This document shows positions 56,296 to 64,000 of a stretch of DNA of 64,000 nt, in pieces; the stretch's first letter is position 1; each line of letters starts with the position of its first letter. The notes below the pieces were generated by a model, which searched no databases, was not told the DNA's origin, and worked only from the letters and a program-made list of their open reading frames with translations. The stretch is from the NCBI GenBank assembly GCA_001799395.1, contig MGTJ01000016.1, forward strand, positions 6,353 to 70,352, given 5' to 3'. Position numbers and translations under genes: made by a program. The stretch comes from Desulfobacterales bacterium RIFOXYA12_FULL_46_15 (GTDB lineage Bacteria; Desulfobacterota; Desulfobacteria; Desulfobacterales; Desulfobacteraceae).

Positions 56296-57519
56296 CTATT
56301 TCTTGATCCATCTGGGAACCTGGAATTTATAGTCCTTGTATGGTTTTGCAGGCGGATCTGTAAAAATGGCGATCATCTCACCGTTCTGTACCTGGTAATG
56401 GACAATGGGAACATCTCCGCCGGCTCTCATGACATGGTCCTGATCCCATTTCCACCAGCCGGTTTCCCCTTTATATCCGTTGGCTGCAATATAATTGCTG
56501 ATTTCCTCATGTTTTTTTTCATCTCCGACAGCCGCAGCAGCCGCTGCCCAGGCTTTAACACCACTGTAGGCTGCCCAGGAGCCGGCCTGGGGAAGATGTT
56601 TATAGATGCTGTTGAATTTATCCAGCCAGGCCTGGGCTTCGGGTGTGGGCGCTTTTGGGGTCGGCATGGCCGTAGGAACTTCACCGATAATCCCATCCGC
56701 CTCTTTACCCATTGTACCGACCACTTCTCTGGGTACAAGGCTGTAGCCATAGCTTAAAATCGAGTTGGTGGGTTTTTCCATAAACTGTCTGAAAAAAGTG
56801 ATCACTTCCTGGGCGCTGACAATTTCAACATGAATAACGGCAGGATTGATTTTCCGGATTTTGGTGAGCAACGGACCCCATTGGTTGGTTCCATAGGGTA
56901 CTATTTCATGCATGGCCACGTCCCAGCCTTTTTCCTTGAAATTTTTCTTCAGCGTGTCGCCGACTTCGGTTCCCCAGGCATCATCCGCAGTTATGATAAC
57001 CGCTTTTTTATTGGGGTATTCATAGGGCAGTGCCATGAGGACATTGAACATGCTCTGACCCTGATTGATACCGGTATCCGTGAGCTGGAAAATGTTATTG
57101 TATTCTTTTTTATCCTGAGTATAGACATCTACGGATGCCTGTGAGCCGTCGTCTGCAAAAAAAGGTGCAGAGTATTTTCCATAGGCCCGGATATCCTGTC
57201 CCCACCCGGCCCATCCGGCATGAACCGAATCTACGTTTAGTTTACCACACAGGTAATCGGCTCCCTGCATGACACGTTCAGGAGCGAACTCCTGGGTATC
57301 AAACCGCACCGGCTCAAGCTGTTTGCCCAGAAGACCGCCGTTTTGATTGATTTCATCAATGGCCATTTTAATCCCTTTCCAGTAATTATCACCGGTATCG
57401 GTGTAAGGACCGGTCATGGACAGGGGCACCCCCACCTTGATAACATTGTCAGCCCACGAGCTTCCCGCAAACAACAGACCGCAAATAACGATCATCAATA
57501 AGGTTAATACCTTTTTCAT
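56296..57519 (-). CDS. HAAT (Liv-type) ABC transporter substrate-binding protein
   Basis: Signal peptide; IKVGVPLSMTGP and EINQNGGLLGK. Confidence 0.88.
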   Translation of the reverse strand: MKKVLTLLMIVICGLLFAGSSWADNVIKVGVPLSMTGPYTDTGDNYWKGIKMAIDEINQNGGLLGKQLEPVRFDTQEFAPERVMQGADYLCGKLNVDSVHAGWAGWGQDIRAYGKYSAPFFADDGSQASVDVYTQDKKEYNNIFQLTDTGINQGQSMFNVLMALPYEYPNKKAVIITADDAWGTEVGDTLKKNFKEKGWDVAMHEIVPYGTNQWGPLLTKIRKINPAVIHVEIVSAQEVITFFRQFMEKPTNSILSYGYSLVPREVVGTMGKEADGIIGEVPTAMPTPKAPTPEAQAWLDKFNSIYKHLPQAGSWAAYSGVKAWAAAAAAVGDEKKHEEISNYIAANGYKGETGWWKWDQDHVMRAGGDVPIVHYQVQNGEMIAIFTDPPAKPYKDYKFQVPRWIKK

Positions 57520-57536
57520 CTTACCTCCTCACATGT

Positions 57537-58526
57537 TTAGGGTTGGTTATTTCTCAATGGAGATACCATTGGTTCTCTTTTCGCTACTAGTTTCTGTATC
57601 AGCCCGATAATACCGTCCGGAAGCAGAAGCACAAGAATCACAACCATGGCTCCCAGGATAATCGGACGATAGGAACCTAAAGGAGACAGCATTTCGTTTA
57701 TGGCAACGGTGATAAAGGCCCCTATCACGGCACCCGGAAATTTTCCCACACCGCCGATGACCAGGATGACCATGAGTGTTACAAATAAATCAATTCCCAG
57801 CATCCGGGTGGAAAGCATACCTACATAATGGGCATAAAAACCGCCGATCATGCCGGTCAAAAATGAGGTCAGGGCAAACACCATCAGTTTGTATTTAAAA
57901 GCACTCACCCCCAGGCAGGTGGCAAAGTCTTCCGCATCTTTCAGCGCCAGGAATGCAGCTCCCCAGTGAGATCTGATCACAAGCCAGATAATGGCGGAAC
58001 AGATGACTGCCACAAAAAGGATAAGGTAAAAATAGGGAATGGGATGACTATTTGTAAATGCATACCCGAAAATATTCATGGGCTCGATGGTTAAAATCCC
58101 CCGGGAGCCGCCCGTGCCGATAAAGCGGCCGATATCTCCCTTGAGCATGGGCTCAAGTATCATGTGAACGGCAAAGGTGACCAGGGCAATATATGCGCCT
58201 TTCAGTTTCAGACAGGGAATACCCACAAGCACTCCCAGGAGCCCTGAAATTATCCCGGCCATAAAGACGGCAAAAATCGGCGGGATACCGGCTCTTGCCG
58301 AAATAATGGCAGAGGAATAGGCGCCGATAACGAAAAATGCCACTTGTCCGAAGGAAAAAATACCGGCAAACCCCATGATCAGATCCCAGCAGGATGCCAC
58401 CACAGACCAGATCAGACAGATGATCAAAATATGCATGATGAAATTTGTAGAGCCGAAGAATAGCGGCAGAATTGCCACGATACTCCAGATGACGGCCAGA
58501 ATGATTGCAGTACGTTTATGTTCCAT
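57537..58526 (-). CDS. HAAT ABC permease (LivM-like)
   Basis: GIFSFGQVAFF, LKGAYIALVT and VIGGVG. Confidence 0.9.
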   Translation of the reverse strand: MEHKRTAIILAVIWSIVAILPLFFGSTNFIMHILIICLIWSVVASCWDLIMGFAGIFSFGQVAFFVIGAYSSAIISARAGIPPIFAVFMAGIISGLLGVLVGIPCLKLKGAYIALVTFAVHMILEPMLKGDIGRFIGTGGSRGILTIEPMNIFGYAFTNSHPIPYFYLILFVAVICSAIIWLVIRSHWGAAFLALKDAEDFATCLGVSAFKYKLMVFALTSFLTGMIGGFYAHYVGMLSTRMLGIDLFVTLMVILVIGGVGKFPGAVIGAFITVAINEMLSPLGSYRPIILGAMVVILVLLLPDGIIGLIQKLVAKREPMVSPLRNNQP

Positions 58527-58530
58527 TGAT

Positions 58531-59403
58531 TTACCCCCGTTTTCCCATTAGTCCCTGGGGCCGGATAACCAGGGTTGTCAAAAGTACGGCAAACAAAGCA
58601 ATCAAAGTCCAGGTCATTCCAAACTGCCATCCCACAAATGCTTCGAGCATGCCCACGATAAATGCGGCATAAAGGCTTCCCTTGATGCTGCCCATGCCGC
58701 CGAATGCCGTAATGACCCATGACTTCACAAGAATATCCCATCCGCCGTCAGGGGTAACAAAATATTTCTGGGCCAGGAGAATCCCCCCCATACCCACCAT
58801 CACAGTGGAAATAGCAAAGGTGGCTGAAAAAACAAATTCCTTTGGAATACCGACTATTTGGGCTCCTGCCGGGTTCTGGGCCACAGCCCGGACCGACATG
58901 CCGGTCCGGGTATTATTTAAAAACCAGCGGAATGTCAGTATCCCGCTGATGGACAGGATAAAAATCACCACATCCTGATAAGAAAGAATAAACTCTCCTG
59001 CCTCAAAAGAGCCTTCCAAAATAGATGGTAAAGATTTCATCCTTGCACCGAAAACCACCTGAAAGGAATTGTCCAGGAAAAGGGCCATCCCCAGGGTGAT
59101 CATCATTACCTTGACTTCCCAGTCGTCCCGTTTCCGCAAAGGGGCCACAAGCAGTTTTTCAATGATATATCCGAAAAAAAACAATATGGGTGCGGCCAGA
59201 CAGAACACGATCAGATAATTGTGCAAAAAGGCAAACCCAAACACCAGAAAAGCGAGATATCCACCCATGCTGTAAAAGGAGCCATAGGCAAAATTAAACG
59301 CCTTAGACACGCCGTATATCAGTGTAAGCCCGACAGCCATTAGGGCATATACCGATCCATTGATCATTCCGCTGATGATGACGTCAATGATTTCAGTGAG
59401 CAT
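58531..59403 (-). CDS. HAAT ABC permease (LivH-like)
   Basis: YALMAVGLTLIYG, NFAYG, GMSVRAVAQN and FGGMGS. Confidence 0.9.
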   Translation of the reverse strand: MLTEIIDVIISGMINGSVYALMAVGLTLIYGVSKAFNFAYGSFYSMGGYLAFLVFGFAFLHNYLIVFCLAAPILFFFGYIIEKLLVAPLRKRDDWEVKVMMITLGMALFLDNSFQVVFGARMKSLPSILEGSFEAGEFILSYQDVVIFILSISGILTFRWFLNNTRTGMSVRAVAQNPAGAQIVGIPKEFVFSATFAISTVMVGMGGILLAQKYFVTPDGGWDILVKSWVITAFGGMGSIKGSLYAAFIVGMLEAFVGWQFGMTWTLIALFAVLLTTLVIRPQGLMGKRG

Positions 59404-59417
59404 TCTTTGTTCTCCTG

Positions 59418-60122
59418 TTACATTCCAAGGAATATTTCTTTCAAATGGTCATTGCCAAGGGCTTCGTCCTTGCTTCCTTCAAAGCTGATCCTGCCTTCTT
59501 CCAGCACATACAGTTTGTCTGCAAGAGCCGTTATCTGGGGGATATTCTGTTCCACTAAAAGCACGGTAATCCCTGCACTGTTGATCTCTTTTATGATCCT
59601 TGCCACCTCGATCCTGAGGTTGGGCTGTAATCCCAGAGAGGGTTCATCCATGGCCAGAAACCTGGCATTGGACATCAGCCCCCTTGCAATGGCCAGCATC
59701 CTGGCTTCCCCGCCGCTCATGGTGCTGGCAAACTGGGCTTGCCTTGCTTTCAACCTTGGAAAAAGGCTGAATACCTTTTCAAGGTTTTCTTTTTCAAAGG
59801 GCCTGGCAGACCTTGAATAAGCTCCCAGCTTCAGGTTCTCCAAAACCGTCATATCAGGGAATAATTCTCTGTTTTCAGCAACATAGGTGATGCCCATATT
59901 TACTGTTTTTTCAGCCCCAAGCCCTGTAATGTCCTTACCTTCATAGGAAATACTGCCCGTCACCTTTTTAACAAGCCCGCAGACAGATTTTAAAAAAGTG
60001 CTTTTCCCATGGCCGTTGGGACCGAGCATGACCACTATCTGTCCTTTTTCCACTTCAAGGGAAACATTTTTCAATACGTGGAAATCATCATAATATGAAT
60101 TTAAATTCTGAATCTTAATCAT
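59418..60122 (-). CDS. HAAT ABC ATPase (LivF-like)
   Basis: GPNGHGKS, MSGGE and DEPSLGL. Confidence 0.92.
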   Translation of the reverse strand: MIKIQNLNSYYDDFHVLKNVSLEVEKGQIVVMLGPNGHGKSTFLKSVCGLVKKVTGSISYEGKDITGLGAEKTVNMGITYVAENRELFPDMTVLENLKLGAYSRSARPFEKENLEKVFSLFPRLKARQAQFASTMSGGEARMLAIARGLMSNARFLAMDEPSLGLQPNLRIEVARIIKEINSAGITVLLVEQNIPQITALADKLYVLEEGRISFEGSKDEALGNDHLKEIFLGM

Positions 60123-60825
60123 GGCTGTCTCCCAGATAGCATTCAATCACCCTTGGGTCGCTTGTCACTTCGACAGGATCACCGCAGCAGATCTCGGTCC
60201 CGGTTTCAATAATCAAAAGCCGTTCCGTCAGCTCTGTCAGTACTTTCATGAAATGCTCAATAATAATGATAGTGATCCCCATGTCCTGATTAATACGCTT
60301 GATTAACTCCATCAGGCTTTTTATCTCCTTGGCATTGGAACCTGCCATGGGTTCGTCCAGCATGAGAATCGCGGGTTTGGTAGCAAGGGCAGCCCCGATC
60401 ATGAGCATCTTTTTATCCAGGAGGTTGAGCTGTCCGGTAAGCTTTTTTCGTTTATCGGTGAGATTGACAAAATCAATGATCCGATCCACATAAGAAGGTT
60501 CAAAACCGTCCCGGCTTCCAAAATAATTTCCCACACCTATACTTTTTTCAATCGTCAGACTCGGAAACGTCTGGGGAATCTGGAATGTTCTTGAAATTCC
60601 GAGTTTTGCAATCTTGTGAGGCTGAAGTCCACTGATATCTTTATTATTAAATAAAATAGACCCTTCAAATGAATAGAGTCCTGAAATCAGATTGTACAGA
60701 GTGGATTTTCCCGCGCCGTTGGGTCCGGCAATGCCAAAGACCTGGCCCTGAGATACTTCAAAACTGAGGTTGTTTACCGCAGTCAATTCACCAAATTTCT
60801 TAGTGACGTTCCTTAGTTTAAGCAT
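60115..60825 (-). CDS. HAAT ABC ATPase (LivG-like)
   Basis: GPNGAGKS, RTFQ, DEPMAG and IIEH; start re-called at ATG 60825. Confidence 0.92.
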   Translation of the reverse strand: MLKLRNVTKKFGELTAVNNLSFEVSQGQVFGIAGPNGAGKSTLYNLISGLYSFEGSILFNNKDISGLQPHKIAKLGISRTFQIPQTFPSLTIEKSIGVGNYFGSRDGFEPSYVDRIIDFVNLTDKRKKLTGQLNLLDKKMLMIGAALATKPAILMLDEPMAGSNAKEIKSLMELIKRINQDMGITIIIIEHFMKVLTELTERLLIIETGTEICCGDPVEVTSDPRVIECYLGDSHD

Positions 60826-60867
60826 CTTACTGTTCCTTCCTTCAAGTTGAAGCTTGAACAATTCCAC

Positions 60868-60985
60868 TATCACGTAGTATGTAATATGTGATATGTTATT
60901 CAAGCCATAGCATAGCTCTCAGGTTAAAGCAAGAAAAAAATCGATTTTAGAAAAAAACCATTTACATAGTACGTAATATGTGATA
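60868..60985. promoter_or_regulatory. Two copies of a 26-bp pseudo-palindromic operator in the divergent ABC/AOR intergenic region
   Basis: TATCACGTAGTATGTAATATGTGATA (60868-93) and ATTTACATAGTACGTAATATGTGATA (60960-85); 21/26 identical. Confidence 0.7.
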
Positions 60986-61028
60986 TTCCCTTTTAACAGA
61001 ATGTCAAAACCTTTGACCGGAGAGCGCC

Positions 61029-61463
61029 ATCAACAATTTCATCCATATAAATTTCGACAAGTGCACAGGTTGCAGTATCTGTCAACTCGTCTGTTCCATG
61101 GATCTTTTTGGCGGGTACAACCCAAGCCTTTCCCGTCTTACCGTAGTGAGCCAAAAGGAAAATCTATACCATTTTCCCATTGTTTGCAACCAGTGCGAGA
61201 ATGCCTATTGCCTGAATGTCTGCCCTGCCGGAGCCATTACAAGGGACACCTCCGGTATTGTGGTCATCCATAAAGATAAATGCATTGCCTGCGGGCTCTG
61301 TATTGAATATTGCCCTATCAGGGTTGTGGTTCGCGACCCTGAAACCGGCAAAGCCTTTAAATGCGAATTGTGCCGGGGGACCCCGTTGTGCGTAGAAGCC
61401 TGTCCCACAGGAGCTCTTGAACTTGTTTCAAAGCACACCCCTAAAGGAAAAATCGATGAATGA
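61029..61463 (+). CDS. 4Fe-4S dicluster electron-transfer subunit (AorA/DmsB/HydN-like), apparent ATC start
   Basis: The frame opens after TGA 61014-16 and reads (ATC)NNFIHINFDKCTGCSICQLVCS, upstream of the tracked ATG 61098; three further Cys groups follow. Confidence 0.88.
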   Translation: MNNFIHINFDKCTGCSICQLVCSMDLFGGYNPSLSRLTVVSQKENLYHFPIVCNQCENAYCLNVCPAGAITRDTSGIVVIHKDKCIACGLCIEYCPIRVVVRDPETGKAFKCELCRGTPLCVEACPTGALELVSKHTPKGKIDE

Positions 61464-63297
61464 AGCTTACACAAACAATTTGCTGATGATTGATTTATCC
61501 CGTAAAACCCATGAAATCATAGCGACTTCCGAATCTTTCATCGCAGATTTCATCGGGGGCAAGGGCTTTGGCGCCAAACTTCTCTATGACGGAGTTTCCC
61601 CCGGCACAAACCCTCTTGGTGAAGACAACCTGCTCATGTTCTTAACAGGTCCCCTGACCGGCACCATGGCTCCGGCCATGAGGGGGTGTGTGGTGACAAA
61701 ATCACCGCTTACCGGGATTTTTTTAGATTCCTATTTTGGCGGCAGCCTTGCAGCGGAAATCAAATATGCAGGATATGATGGCATCATTATAAAAGGCTGC
61801 TCTGAAAAACCATCCTATATATGGATCCGTGACCGGCATGTTGAAATCCGTGATGCCCGGTCTTTGTGGGGGGTTGACACCCTTCTCGCCAACCGCCTGA
61901 TTAAAAACGAACTCAACGACCAGACCATAAAAATTGCCACCATTGGTCAGGCCGGTGAAAATAAAATTCTGTTTTCCCTGATCTGTTGCGAATACAACCG
62001 CCAGGCAGGGCGCGGCGGTGCCGGCGCCGTCATGGGGTCAAAAAATCTGAAAGCCATTGCAATCAAGGGGAACCGTCTTGTAAGAGTCCATGATCCGGCA
62101 AATTTTAAAGCAGCCTGCCGGGAGGCTGCCCAAGAACTTGAAAAAAGCCCGGATGTTGCCGCCCTTAGACTTGCAGGCACTGCTTCAGCAGTGGAATTTG
62201 CCAATGAAGCCGGCCTTCTGCCCCATAAAAATTATCAATACGGAACCTTTGCCAAGGCATCCAAAATTGCAGATAAAGGCCAGTCCAAGCACCTGTGGCT
62301 GGGCAGCAATGCCTGTATGGGATGTCCCATCCGGTGCAGTAAGATCGGTGCGGTCCGGACAGGGATCTATAAAGGCATTGTCACGGATATCATCGAATAT
62401 GAATCCGCAGCCCTCATGGGGTCCAACCTGGATATCCACGATATCCGGGCCGTGGCCCATCTTGTGAAGCTCTGCGATCTTTACGGCATGGACAGTATGT
62501 CCACGGGCACGGTCATCGGATTTGCCATGGAGGCCTGTGAGAAAGGCCTGATCAAATCGCCGGATGGTATTAATCTGAGATTCGGCAGCATACAGGGGGC
62601 CGAGTATCTGATCCATGCCATTGCAAACCTGCGAAGCGGCCTTGGGCAAATTTTATCAAAAGGTGTGAAACAGGCTGCGGATCATATCGGATATAAGGCC
62701 GCTGATATTGCTCTTCACACCAAAGGGCTGGAATCTCCGGCATGGGGCCCGAGGGGTGTATCCGGCATGGCCCTGGCTCTCATGACAGCCGATCGCGGCG
62801 GTTGTCATCAACGCGGGTTTACCGTCAGCTATGAACTTTCAGGAGCATGGAACAATCACCCCCTGGACCCCCTGTCACCTGAAGGAAAAGCCCAAATGGT
62901 TGCAGAGCTCCAGAATTATTCTGCCGGGACTGACACACTGGTCAAATGTGATTTCGGCAGCTTCGGTATTTCCAAAGAAACATATGCCCGGCTACTCAAT
63001 GCAGCTTGTGGCACTCAATATTCTCCGGATATTTTCCAGAACACAGGGGAAAGGATCTGGAACCTTGTAAGGATGTTCAATTTAAGACAGGGAATGGACC
63101 CGGCTGAAGATACCCTTCCTCGCCGGTTTGTTGAAGAACCGCTCACAGACGGGCCTGGCAAGGGCCACCGCATTTCTAAAAAAGATATGGCATATATGAA
63201 ACAGGAGTATTATAAGACAAGGGGATGGGACGAAAACGGTGTTCCCTTGGATAAGACCCTGAAACAATTAAGGATTGATTATGTCAAATCGGATTAA
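61456..63297 (+). CDS. aor: Aldehyde:ferredoxin oxidoreductase family (tungstopterin, WOR) catalytic subunit
   Basis: KSPLTG, GRGGAGAVMGSKNLKAI, CMGCPIRC, EYES, DLYGMD, RGGCH and RGWDENGVP. Confidence 0.93.
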   Translation: MNEAYTNNLLMIDLSRKTHEIIATSESFIADFIGGKGFGAKLLYDGVSPGTNPLGEDNLLMFLTGPLTGTMAPAMRGCVVTKSPLTGIFLDSYFGGSLAAEIKYAGYDGIIIKGCSEKPSYIWIRDRHVEIRDARSLWGVDTLLANRLIKNELNDQTIKIATIGQAGENKILFSLICCEYNRQAGRGGAGAVMGSKNLKAIAIKGNRLVRVHDPANFKAACREAAQELEKSPDVAALRLAGTASAVEFANEAGLLPHKNYQYGTFAKASKIADKGQSKHLWLGSNACMGCPIRCSKIGAVRTGIYKGIVTDIIEYESAALMGSNLDIHDIRAVAHLVKLCDLYGMDSMSTGTVIGFAMEACEKGLIKSPDGINLRFGSIQGAEYLIHAIANLRSGLGQILSKGVKQAADHIGYKAADIALHTKGLESPAWGPRGVSGMALALMTADRGGCHQRGFTVSYELSGAWNNHPLDPLSPEGKAQMVAELQNYSAGTDTLVKCDFGSFGISKETYARLLNAACGTQYSPDIFQNTGERIWNLVRMFNLRQGMDPAEDTLPRRFVEEPLTDGPGKGHRISKKDMAYMKQEYYKTRGWDENGVPLDKTLKQLRIDYVKSD

Positions 63298-63871
63298 TAA
63301 AAAAACAGCCAAAACCATTGCCACCCGGAACAGGATTCTTGATACCGCAACCTATCTTTTTGCACGGCTCGGGTATCACAAGACCACCATACAGGACATC
63401 GCCTACCATATAGGCATGACAACAGGGGCTGTATTCCACCATTACAGCTCAAAAACGGATATCCTCGAAGAAGTAGTGGAGGAACTGAACCACAGTTTTG
63501 ACCAGTATATTGAATTCCTGGATCAGGAGCATACAGATTACAAAAAAATGATCCAGGGCATGATGGAAATTTTCATGGACCGGTTTCATAATCAACCGGA
63601 CTCCATTATTGCCCTGGCTTCCCTGGCCGCAGAATTCAGCGGCATCCGGGGACCGGTGATTGAACAAATCCAGGCAGCCTATGATATATTTGTGAACGCA
63701 TTTGAAAAGGCACTGGATAAAATCAAACAGAAAAAGACAAACAGGGCCGCAGCCGTCTGCTTCATCTCAGGGCTCCAGGGTGTGGCCTTACAAGCCCTTG
63801 TCAGGGACGGCGAGATGGATATTGATGATCTTGTGGCAGGATTTGTCAGTCTTGTGACGGATAAAGACTGA
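63281..63871 (+). CDS. TetR/AcrR family regulator
   Basis: TRNRILDTATYLFARLGYHKTTIQDIA...GAVFHHYSSK; overlaps the AOR stop. Confidence 0.93.
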   Translation: MSNRINKKTAKTIATRNRILDTATYLFARLGYHKTTIQDIAYHIGMTTGAVFHHYSSKTDILEEVVEELNHSFDQYIEFLDQEHTDYKKMIQGMMEIFMDRFHNQPDSIIALASLAAEFSGIRGPVIEQIQAAYDIFVNAFEKALDKIKQKKTNRAAAVCFISGLQGVALQALVRDGEMDIDDLVAGFVSLVTDKD

Positions 63872-64000
63872 TTTAAGATCCTGTTATTTTTTTCATCCTG
63901 ATATACCCCCCCGGCCCTGCTGACGGATCATGACATTGAATTGAAATTGGATTGAGTTGAAAGCACAATAATCCGGAAAATTTAGATATTTATTATTGCA

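Noticed and set aside
60980-61273. 97-aa ORF overlapping the Fe-S gene start
   Set aside because: Different frame, no SD, no motifs; the Cys motifs are in the 61029 frame.
149-63667. Remaining short nested or antisense ORFs in the six-frame track
   Set aside because: They overlap well-supported genes and lack motifs or SD sequences.
63893-64000. Open minus-strand frame at the window end
   Set aside because: About 35 codons with no recognisable motif; cannot be told from intergenic DNA.
1-64000. tRNA, rRNA, CRISPR, IS elements, riboswitches, sigma54 promoters, Sec/Pyl readthrough
   Set aside because: Intergenic regions were read by eye. No cloverleaf, repeat-spacer array, terminal inverted repeats, GG-N10-GC promoter or stop-interrupted conserved gene was found. 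Covariance-model searches were not run, so small RNAs cannot be excluded.

Overview
64 kb of dense, mostly chromosomal bacterial coding sequence. Gene content suggests an anaerobic sulfate-reducing deltaproteobacterium, probably Desulfobacteraceae-like (inference only). I found about 50 CDSs and no rRNA, tRNA, CRISPR array, integrase or transposase. Housekeeping genes include polA, recN, gltA, purN, nadK, nadE, leuCD, ltaE, PNP and ptsP. Signalling genes are abundant: five hybrid histidine kinases, a MASE3-PAS-GGDEF cyclase, a REC-HD-GYP protein, an EAL-HDOD protein, and a FapA/DUF342 protein with MshEN-like repeats. Best candidates for undescribed biology: (1) a translationally coupled SPFH + lipoprotein-like SPFH + radical SAM triad (10973-14525); (2) a HAAT ABC transporter divergent from a FeS-subunit/tungsten-type AOR/TetR operon, with twin 26-bp operators and an apparent ATC start codon (56296-63871); (3) unrecognised kinase input domains (29580-30050 and the tandem paralogues at 44007-48676); (4) an 11-Cys 72-aa microprotein; (5) a fungal-type large NAD-GDH. 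All family assignments come from recognising motifs by eye; no database search was run.
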